Positions 43,800 to 52,873 of a stretch of 64,000 nucleotides of DNA are shown piece by piece (within the stretch, counting starts at the first letter, position 1; every line of letters begins with the position of its first letter). This stretch comes from Nitrospirota bacterium (GTDB taxonomy: Bacteria > Nitrospirota > UBA9217), in NCBI GenBank assembly GCA_963741205.1, contig CAVUHW010000034.1:96001-160000 (forward strand), read 5' to 3'. Under the pieces are notes generated by a model that was given only the letters and a program-made list of their open reading frames with translations, did no database searches and was not told where the DNA came from. A program made the position numbers and the translations under genes.

Positions 43800-44748
43800 A
43801 TGTTTCAATTTCTTGCGAGGAACCCCTCCCTGGGGATCGAGATAACCGCTTCGGCGGTGCGGCTGGCGGCGGTAACCGTCAGGGGTTCGGGCATCTCCGT
43901 GGAGTATCACGAAGTACGGCGGACCTGCCGTCAGGGACGGTATGCGGGGGCTACGCTTCGCCGAACATCCGCGATGCAAGCGGTCTTGCCGACGTTCTGC
44001 GGGATTGTCTCTCCGGCGCTCCCCGCCCTTACCGCCGGGCGGCGCTTGCTCTGCCCGACGGTGTATTTCGCGTCCAGACGCTCGAGTTCGACGAACTGCC
44101 GGCAAAGCCGGCGGACCGGGAGCGGCTGATCCGATGGCGGCTCGAAAAGGCCGCGGCCTTTGACCTGTCCGACACCGTCCTGCGTTACCAGGTCCTGAAG
44201 CGCCAGGGAAGCGGTTATACGGTGCTTGCCTGCGTGGCCAAGCAGTCCGTGATCGCGCAGTATGAAGTCGCTGCTCATGGAACTGGGACTCGAGCCCTGG
44301 AGCGTGGGGATATCGTCCTTTCATGTCCTGAACCTCTATTCACCCGTCATCAGGAAAAAATCCCCGGTCTTTGCCATCGCCCACCTGATGGAAGATTCCT
44401 TCACGACCATCGTCACGGAGGCGGAGGGAACAAGGTTTTACCGGTACAAGGAAGTGAAGCGGGCCGGCGCCGTCGAGCTCAAGGCCAGGTTCATGCGCGA
44501 GATCGAGGATTCGCTCCATTTTTATTCGCACATGGACCGCACGCAGACATCGGAGGTGCAGCATCTCTATCTCAGCGGCGAATCGGCCCTGCTGTACGAC
44601 CTCTGCGAAGGGCTCAGCACCGTCCACCTCGCTCAACGTCGAGGTCCTTTCGCCCGCCGACGTCATCACCCAGACCGGCCAGGGGGGGACCGCCTCGGCC
44701 TGGCTCGTGGTCATGGCGGCGGCGCTCGGCGCCGGGAGCGCATTATGA
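43800..44748 (+). CDS. PilM/GspL-like cytoplasmic alignment protein, frameshifted
   Basis: SLGIEIT...VRL, ALPD..FRV....FDELP, IRWRL.K, SLHFY, LYLSG. Confidence 0.7.
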
Positions 44749-45293
44749 TATCGATCAATTTTGCGAGCAGGAACTACCGGCTGTCGACTCGCGTTCGTTC
44801 AGGCGCTCGCCGCCGGGAGCGTCATTCTCGCGTTCATTGCGGCCGTGATGATTGGAAAGGCGGCCTCCCTTCGCGCGGACATTTCCTCGATGCAGAAGAA
44901 GCTGAAGGAGGCGGAGGCGGCCGACGCAGCAGGTGAAGCCCGCGCTCATGGAGCGTGAACGTCTGGTGAAAGACCTGAACGCCATGTCGGGCCTCATGGA
45001 TGCGCGAAAGTTTTCCTGGACGCGGCTCCTCTCGAGCATCGAGTCCGTCGTCCCGGTGGGCGTGGCCCTTCAGAAAGTCCAATACAGCCCCCAGGACCAC
45101 TCGCTGGCCATGGACGGCACGGCGCAGTCCCCGGAGTCGCTCCGCAACCTGGTGGTGGGGCTCGAAAAATCGTCTTCGTTCACGGACCCGTTTCTCAAAC
45201 ACCAGACACTGGAAAAGGGGAGTATTTCATTCAATGTGGTTGCAGTTTATCATGAACATAAAGACGCCGGCATGGTTCAAAGGAAAAAGATAA
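44745..45293 (+). CDS. PilN-like protein, frameshifted
   Basis: INFASRNY, TM, coiled coil, FSWTRLL..IE...P.GV, G.A.S, LE.S..F. Confidence 0.72.
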
Positions 45294-45782
45294 AAGGCTC
45301 CGCACGGCGGCGCTCGTCTTTCGCGGTCTTTCTCGTCGCTTGATCTGTTCCTGTACGGCGTTTTCGTCGCGCCTTCCGTCGCGTGGCTCGCCACATGGGA
45401 GGCCAAGTACGGAGAGCTGAGAAGGCGGCATGCCGAGGCGATCCTGTTCAAGAACCAGAAATCCTCGTTCGCCGGGATCATGGCCGGGATCCCCGCGCAG
45501 AAAGACATGCCGCTCCTGGTCAAGGACCTGGTGCAGACGGCCCGGCGGCTGAACCTGTCCGTGTCGTCGGTCAAATACGACATCCCCAAACGGGCAAGCG
45601 GCGAGCTCGCCATGCTGACCTTCTCCTTTCCGGCTGAGGGGAGGTACGCCGATCTCAAGCGGTTCGTCTACGAAGTGGAGACGTCGGACCGGCTCGTCGG
45701 CATACAGGAGATGAAGATGGATTCGGACCAGGGCAAGGTGAAGATGGAAATGAAGCTCCTGACCTATATCAAGGGGCAGTGA
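45252..45782 (+). CDS. PilO-like protein, frameshifted
   Basis: TM then IP..KD.P.L..DL...A, F.F..EG.Y..LKRF.YE.E.S.RL. Confidence 0.72.
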
Positions 45783-46435
45783 GCGCCATGATGAAACTGG
45801 GGCCGGAACAAGAGAAAAAGGCGCTTGCCGTGCTGTCCGCGGTCCTTGCGCTCCTGATCGTCTACCGCGTCGCGACGTCGGAGAAGCCGAAGACGGCGCC
45901 GCTGGCTTACCCCCGCGGCTCCGTCGCGCGGTCCCCGGTGCGGGAGGGGCTGCTGGCCGCTTCTCCGGCGCCGATCCCCTGAACGTGATCCTCGTCAAGC
46001 GGCAGGAGAAGTTCCCGGGTGTTTCGCGCGACATTTTCAGGATGGAAAATCCCGGCGCCCAGGCCGAAACCGCAGCCGGCAGCCGGTCGTTCTACGCCTC
46101 CGCCGCCTCCTCCTGCGCCGCCGGAGCAGACGCCGCTGAAGCGGATCGCCGCGGAGGCCGCGCGGGCGGACCTTTCGAAGTTCCGTTTTCTGGGATACCT
46201 GACCAGCAAGGACAATACCTTGTTCCTGTCGAAGGACGGGGAGCTCTTTATCGTGAAGAGCGGGGACAAGCTGCTCGCGAGTTACCAGGTGAAGGAGGCG
46301 GGCAAGGACTATGTGGTCCTGCTCGACACGGCTACGCACGTCGAGGTGCGCGTAGAACTATCGGGCGGCGAACCGCAGCCGGCATCGCCGGCAGCCCGGT
46401 ATGCCGCCGCGGTACCGATGAAGGACGGAGTTTGA
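45779..46435 (+). CDS. PilP/GspC-like protein, frameshifted
   Basis: TM, RDIF, Pro-rich linker, FRFLGYL...FLS..GELFIVK.GD. Confidence 0.65.
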
Positions 46436-46556
46436 GGGATGAGGCACGAAGGACGAGAGATGAGGGACGAAGGACGCGAAAGCTTTTTCGTCTATCGTCC
46501 TAGCGAGCAAACGAACGATCGTCCATCGTCCGTCGTGCAGTTCCGTCGTCCTTCGT
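46434..46556. repeat. Heptamer inverted element (GGACGAA/GGATGAG ... TCGTCC)
   Basis: gagggatgaggcacgaaggacgagagatgagggacgaaggacg ... tcgtctatcgtcc ... tcgtccatcgtccgtcgt. Confidence 0.75.
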
Positions 46557-46576
46557 TTCAACAAGGGAGGAAGTAG

Positions 46577-48941
46577 ATGATGAAAAGGATCGTGCACCAG
46601 CTCATGGCAGTCATGCTGTCTGCGGTGCTTCTGAGCTGCGCGGGCTCCCAGGCGTTCCAGCGGGGCGAGAAGTACGCCCAGCACGGCGAGTGGGACCTTG
46701 CGGTGAAGGAATACCGCGAGGCCAACAAGCGCGACCCCCACAACATCGAGTACCGTTCCGCGCTGCTCCGGGCGGAGGAAACCGCGGCGAACGAACACTA
46801 CAAAAAGGCCCGCAACTTCCTGAAGGAACGCAAGCTCGACCAGGCCATCGTCGAACTCCAGCAGGCCATCTACCTGAACCCCACCAACGCGGCGATCCAG
46901 AGCGCGCTCAGGTCGGTCCTTGACATGAAACAGGCCGAGGAGCACTACCGCGCGTCGCTCACCTTCGTGGAGCTCAACCGGCTCGGCGAGGCCATCAACG
47001 AACTGATGCAGGCCGTCAATCTGGACCCCGAGAACGTCAAGTACCAGGACGCCCTGGACAAGCTCCAGAAGAAGAAGACCGAGATCGAGCCGGAAGACGC
47101 ACTCTCGCTGGTTTCGGACAAGCCCATAACGCTCAACTTCAAGAACACGAACATCAAGGACGTTTTCGAGTTCCTCGCCAAGCTCTCCGGCATCAACATC
47201 CTTTTCGACGAGGAGGTGAAGGCCCAGCCCGTGACCGTCTTCGTCAAGGACGTGTCGTTCCAGTACGCGCTGAACCTGCTCCTCTCCACGAACAAGCTCT
47301 TCATGAAGAAGATCAGCGCGGACACCATCATCATCATCCCCAAGAGCAAGGCCAAGACCGACCAGTACCAGGACCTGATGGTCAAGACCTTCTATATCAA
47401 CAATGCGAAGTCGAAGGAAATCGTCAACCTGGTCCGCTCCATGCTCGACGTCAAGCGGGTGTATGTGAACGAAATGCTGAACTCCATCACCATCCGCGAA
47501 ACGCCGGAAAAGATGAAGCTGGTCGAGAAGATCATCGCGGCGAACGACCTCAAGGAGGCGGAGGTCATCCTCGATGTCGAGATCCTCGAGATCTCGCGGA
47601 CGAACGCGCTGAAGTACGGCTGGAATTTCCAGCCCGGCCTGTACCGCAACCGCATCGATTCAGCCGACGACCACCTCCACCACCGTGAACGCTAACGCCG
47701 GGCATTGCCCTGAGCGAACTCAGGAACCTGACGAGCAACAACGTCATTCATATCGCTCCCGAGCCTGGTGCGTGACCCTCATCAAGCAGGATTCGGACGC
47801 CCAGACCCTGGCAAATCCCCGGGTGCGCGTTCTGAACAATAAACAGGCAAAATTCCATATCGGAGACAAAATACCGGTCCAGACCTCGACCATCCAGTCC
47901 ACGGTGGTCGGCCAGGTAACGTCGAATTTTGAGTATAAAGACGTCGGCATCAAGCTCAACATCGAGCCGACCATCCACCTCAATAACACGGTGACGCTCA
48001 AGCTCGCATGGAAATCAGCACCCTGGGAGACCAGCTGGACTTGGGCAACGGCCAGAAGCCGTTCAGGTTTGGCACGAGGAACACGGAAACACTCATCAAC
48101 CTCCGCGACGGAGAGACGGTAATCATCGGCGGCCTGATCAAGGACGAGGAGCGCAAGACACGGAACAAGATACCCCTCCTCGGAGACATCCCGATCCTGG
48201 GCAAGCTCTTCTCCGCGGCCGACGACGGAACGATCAAGACCGACATCCTCATGTCGATTACGCCAAACATCGTCCGGAACATGGAACTGCCGGACAAGGA
48301 CACGCAGGCTTTCTGGTCCGGCACCGAAGAAAACTTCGACACGAAACCGCTCTTCGTTACAGCCGGCAAAAGCACGAAGGCTGCGGAAAAACCGCTCGAC
48401 AAGACGGCGGTTCTGGAATCGATGGCAAAGCGGGAAGCGGCGCCGTCCCGGCAGGCGCAGAAGCGGCAAAGCAGCCGCCGGCGCCGACGACCGCGGCGGC
48501 CGCGCAGCCGGCCGCGGAAGGTACGTCCGTACTTCTGGAATTGAAGCCTCCCGAAAACGCTGTCACAGGTCGGACAGGAATCGCGGTTCGATATCTCTGC
48601 GGGAAGCGTCAAAGACCTTTACGGAGTGATCATGACGCTCAGCTATGATCCCAAGATCGTGGAATTCAAGACCGCCGGCGAAGGGACGCTCCTCAAAAAG
48701 GACGGTCAGCAGACTTCGTTCCTGTTCTCGAACAATATCAAGGCGGGGACCGTGGACATCTACATGACCCGCATCGGCGACGTGGGCGGGGTGGGCGGCT
48801 CCGGGAGCTCTGTGCACGGTTGTGTTCCAGGGCAAGTCGGGCGGGACGAGCGAACTGGCCCTGAAGAGCGTCAAGCTCACGAATTTCAATCGCGAGCAGA
48901 TCAAGACGGACGCCAGGGGCGCCAAGGTGGTTGTGAAGTAA
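46577..48941 (+). CDS. Lipoprotein secretin (GspD/PilQ family) with N-terminal TPRs and C-terminal cohesin-like domain, frameshifted
   Basis: Lipobox LLSC; SGINILFD; LANPRVRV.N..A.F.IG.KIP; DVGIKL..P; DGET.IIGGLI; IPLLGDIP.LG.LF; LSYDP..VE....EG..L. Confidence 0.9.
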
Positions 48942-48946
48942 TTCAC

Positions 48947-49491
48947 ATGCGGAATTCCCCCGATAAAATCGTTCGAGGGCAGGCTCCATTCGGAATGCGG
49001 AATAGTGGTGTGAAGCGGGATCACGCTCGATCGAACTGCTCGTGGTGATCTCCATCGTGGCAATCCTGGCCACGGCGGCGATGCCGCTGTCGCGCATGAC
49101 AATGCAGAGAACGAAGGAGATCGAGCTCAGGAACGACCTCAGGACCCTGCGGACGGCAATCGACGCGTTCAAAAAGGATTGCGAAAACAAAAAACTCTCG
49201 ACCTTTGAAGGCTACTGCAAGACCGAGCAGAACAACTACCCCGACACTCTTGAACAGTTGACGGAGCCGCTGAAGATGAGCGGCGCGGTGGACAAGACCG
49301 TCAAGTATCTCCGCAGGATCCCGCGGGACCCAATGACGGCGCCGGAGTCGGCCGACAAACCGAACAACTGGGGACTTCGCTCCTACAGCGATCCGCCGGA
49401 TTCCACGCAGTGGGGCGGGGGCAATGTGTACGACGTCTATTCGAAGAGCGATAAGATAGGCCTTGACGGATCGAAGTACAGCACGTGGTAG
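48947..49491 (+). CDS. Type II secretion pseudopilin (GspG-like), indel in the N-methylation motif
   Basis: G|ITLIELLVVISIVAILA; YP.TLE.L; YLRRIP.DPMT; YDVYS.S....DGS.Y..W. Confidence 0.85.
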
Positions 49492-49503
49492 AACAGTGAT
49501 TAC

Positions 49504-49686
49504 AATGCGGAATGCGGAATGAATAAACAGTATGCATAGCGGCTGAGGTTGATAGAATGGTATGGCAGGTGGCAGAGAACAAGAGCGAGGAGATACTGCG
49601 AAATAGAGAACGGGTCCGGAATCAGAAGACCGAGCGAATTCCGAAGGTCTTTCACTCCGCATATCCGCAATCCGCAATCCGCAATC
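49504..49686. repeat. Heptamer inverted element (AATGCGG)n ... (ATCCGCA)n
   Basis: aatgcggaatgcggaatg ... ctccgcatatccgcaatccgcaatccgcaatc. Confidence 0.8.
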
Positions 49687-50066
49687 GAAAGGCTTTACCC
49701 TCATCGAACTCATGATCGTGATCTCGATCATGGGAATCCTCATCGCGATCGCCGCGCCGAACCTCAAAGTGTCCATTATCAGGGCGCGCGAGGCCGTGCT
49801 CAGGGAAGACCTGTTCCAGATGCGCGAAGCCATCGACCAGTACTATGCTGACAACGGCAAATTCCCCCCGACGCTCAAGGACCTGATCAATGCCCAGGAT
49901 CGGACGAGAAGCTACCTGCGCGACATCCCCAAAGACCCCTTTACGGGCGCAGACGACTGGATCACAGTGGCGCCGGAAGGAACGGACGCGGAAGGCGGCG
50001 TCTTCGACGTGCACAGCGCGAGCCCGCTTCTTGGCCGTGGACGGCACTGCGTACAATACCTGGTGA
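49549..50066 (+). CDS. Second GspG-like pseudopilin (start uncertain, frameshifted)
   Basis: KG|FTLIELMIVISIMGIL; REAVL.EDL..MR.AIDQY..D.G.FP; YLR.IP.DPFT; DGT.Y..W. Confidence 0.85.
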
Positions 50067-51045
50067 TTGTTCCCCACGCCCTACTTCGTCGCAAAAAACG
50101 AACGTTTCCCGGGGATGACCATCAGCTCCGGTTTGTGAAGTATATTATTTATCATGGTAACCCGGCCACCCGGTTTTTTCTCCCCTGTTGCGTAAACTGA
50201 CCAAAATTATAGATATCCTTCAGTGGCATAGTAATTGAAATGTGCTTTGCTTATAAAAAGAAGGCAGGACGGCAGTCTGTCTGGATTACTAGCGAGCTAT
50301 TCAGGTTCGTTCCTACTGGAGGCTCAAAACAGCGGCAAGACAAAACTATATATGAGCACCGGCTGATGCTTGGCACAAAGTCGGTCGATCTGGGCGAACT
50401 TAAGTTCAAAGCTCATGATGAGTACGAGGTTCCGGCGGCTATCACCATTTCCCGGGAGTCCGAGAAATGGTATGTCTCCTTCTCCTATGAGAAGCAAGGC
50501 GCGGTTTTAAGCGAGCAGGAACTTCTCGAGCTTTACGGCGGCATGTCAACAGAGAGTCTTAATACCGTTACCTTGGGAATGGACCGAGGGGTTGATAATC
50601 CCGCTGGCAACGAGCGACGGATTTATGTATGACTTCTCCGGCATACAAAAGGAGCGTCTGGCAAAAAAGGATGCCGGAAGAAGAGATATCAGAGCAAATG
50701 GCAAGCGGATCAGTGACCGCCCGCATAAGCAAGCTGCAGCGAAATCAGCCGGTGCCAGGCTTATGCTGCCAATGTGAGGCATGATTTCGCGCATAAGGCC
50801 AGCCGCAGCTCGCGGATTCACCCGCGGAGGTGTTCGTCTTCGAGGACCGCAAGGTCAAGAACATGACCAGAGTGCCAAAACCTAGGAAGTCAGCCGGCGG
50901 GACATCCTATAATGCCCCTGTCAAGTACAAGTTCAGCACACTGATCTTTCAACACGATGGCAAACGGCACTTAAGCAGGGCGTAGTTCGCCATATAACCC
51001 GCGATGGGCATTCGTGCTTTTCTTCGACGATTCTCTCACTGAAGC

Positions 51046-51240
51046 GAACTTGCTCTCTCAGCGTTATATTATCCGGCGTGCCGTTGCCGCCAAGCATCCC
51101 TTATCCAGATTCCAAGTTCTATGAGAGGCCCTGCATTGTCCCGCACGAGGTCATTTGCCTCAACGTATTGTCTCGGGCTCTCTACGTCGAAATATAATTT
51201 TCAGGGCTTCTTGCTCGGAAAACGCACGAGCAGGAAGCCC
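51046..51240 (-). ncRNA. Predicted bridge RNA (5' hairpin, target-binding loop, donor-binding loop)
   Basis: Hairpin 51204-51240; loop 51123-51183 carries ACGTAT and GTCCCGC matching the target flanks; loop 51046-51119 carries CATCC and GTTATAT matching the element ends. Confidence 0.82.
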
Positions 51241-51264
51241 GTATTTGAGTCCTCTCGATCTAGC

Positions 51265-52555
51265 CTATGCCTTGCTATCCCCCTGGTTGAGGTATTTGGG
51301 GTCGTACGGCTCCTTCTTTTTCATCAGGGTCCAGGCAATGATCAGAAGCTTCGCTGCAAGTTTCACCCGCATCTTGGTGCCGATCCCTTTCTCCCGCTCC
51401 CGTCCCCGGATCTTGTTCGTGTGGTAAATGATAAACTCTTTGTTGTTGAGCGAGCAGATGATCGCCGCCGGATATAGTGCATAGCGAAGATCGCCTTTCC
51501 CATGTTTGGAGATCACGGCGTGGCGCTCTGTGACGTCTTCCCGCTTCGGCTCGCGCATAGGTCGAAGCCGGCCATCTTCAAGACCTGTTTGCCGGCCGTA
51601 AAGCGCTTGGGGTCTCCAATGGCGGCGAGGACCTTGGCTGACACATCCGGACCAAACCCCGGGATCGTGAGAAGGAACGAGTACTCCGGAAACTTCAGGC
51701 AGATGTCCACGATCTTGTCTTCAAGGTTCTTCATCGTCTCTCGGACGCGATGGAGAGCCGCCACCATGATCTGTGCCTCCACGGACACTGCTTCTCCGAC
51801 GATACAGCCTATGGACTGCTTGGCAGCCCGCCATATCTGCGTAAGCCGACCTGCTGAGGCAAACTCACCTTGCCGGGCGAGACGGTCCGGCAGAATTCAT
51901 CGTACTCCATGACCGAGATCAGCGAAGGGTCCAGACAGCGGCTTACCACGTTCAGACTCGCCACTGACCCGAAGTGCTGGTCCATCTCCGGGAAGTACTG
52001 GGCCAAAAGCTGATTGCGGATGCGGACCCGAAGGCCGTGCTCCTCCTTCTTGAGCCGTTTCTTTAAGGACAACAGGCCCCGCAGGGACCGAAGATCCTCT
52101 CCCGGGCAGTCGTAGTACAGGCATTTCCCTTGGGCTATCAGGTCGGCGACATTGGCGGAATCCTTCGTGTCGTGCTTATCCCACCGGCCGTCCAGAAGCT
52201 CCCGGTTCTTTGACGTGGCCGCCGCAGATACCAGAACCACCAAGTGCCCCCCCTTGATAAGATACTCTCCCAAGGGCTTGTGGTAGTTGGCCGTGGGCTC
52301 CAAGCCGAAGACCACCTTCCGGTGGCCGTGCTGCACCTTGAGGGCGTCCGTCTGGATCAAAAGCTTCTGAAAGCCCTCATAGGTATTGTCAAAGAACATT
52401 CCTTTGTGCAGCGTCTTGCCGGCGGCCGTGCCGAAGAAAGCGTTGTGCCGTTCCTTGGCGATGTCCAGGCCGATAATCAAATACTCCGTTGAACCTCGAA
52501 TCTCCTTTTGGAATCGACAAAACTGCTCGCGTCTGCTATCATTGAAATCATTCAC
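51265..52555 (-). CDS. IS110 DEDD recombinase (about 430 aa, two or more indels)
   Basis: GLDIAK..H, LEPTANY, KHD.KDS..VA; Tnp20 domain LLTIPGFG, AG......SG, ISK.G...LRYALY, A.KL; GTG start after AGGAGG. Confidence 0.93.
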
Positions 52556-52616
52556 AGAAACCTCCTGCCTCAAGAATTTAGTTCCCGCATGAACTTATTC
52601 TTAGCAGGAGGTTTCT
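52556..52616 (-). promoter_or_regulatory. Hairpin sequestering the recombinase RBS
   Basis: 13-bp perfect IR agaaacctcctgc/gcaggaggtttct plus inner aagaat/attctt and agttc/gaact. Confidence 0.7.
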
Positions 52617-52873
52617 ATTTTGGATAGATTGAAAAAGAACTTCCTCTATGATTTACTGGGGAAGATCAACCTCATGCTCTATCCATATATAACGTATATC
52701 CCGAACGGATCAAAGGCCAAGGCCGGTCTCAACAAGTCCATAATTGAAGTGATGCGGAATATCGCGTGGCGACGGATGCTATTAAACCTCTTCCTATCGA
52801 GAGTGTCTCATTCCATTGACGGACTCCGCATATCGGAGAGGGGCGGAGATTATCCATTTCGGGAGGGAATCAT

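Larger units (their letters stand above)
50902..52693 (-). mobile_element. IS110-family insertion sequence with duplicated 2-nt core (AC on +, GT on element strand)
   Basis: Removing 50904-52693 restores the tnpB frame (GGC GGG ACG TAT ATC CCG); contains the recombinase and a 360-bp downstream non-coding region. Confidence 0.9.
50240..52760 (+). pseudogene. tnpB: TnpB remnant (IS200/IS605/IS607-type RNA-guided nuclease), truncated and interrupted by IS110
   Basis: KWYVSFSY, RuvC-I GMDRGV, R.DFAHKAS, RuvC-II VFED.KVKNMT; frame PKPRKSAGGT|YIPNGSKAKAGLNKSI rejoins exactly across the insertion. Confidence 0.85.

Noticed and set aside
51168-51198. Plus-strand promoter TTGTCT-19-TATAAT antisense to the recombinase
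   Set aside because: 19-nt spacing is poor and it overlaps the guide loop; not supportable without TSS data.
52694-52870. TnpB omega-RNA or transposon right end
   Set aside because: tnpB similarity stops soon after GLNKSI, so the 3' region that would encode it appears deleted.
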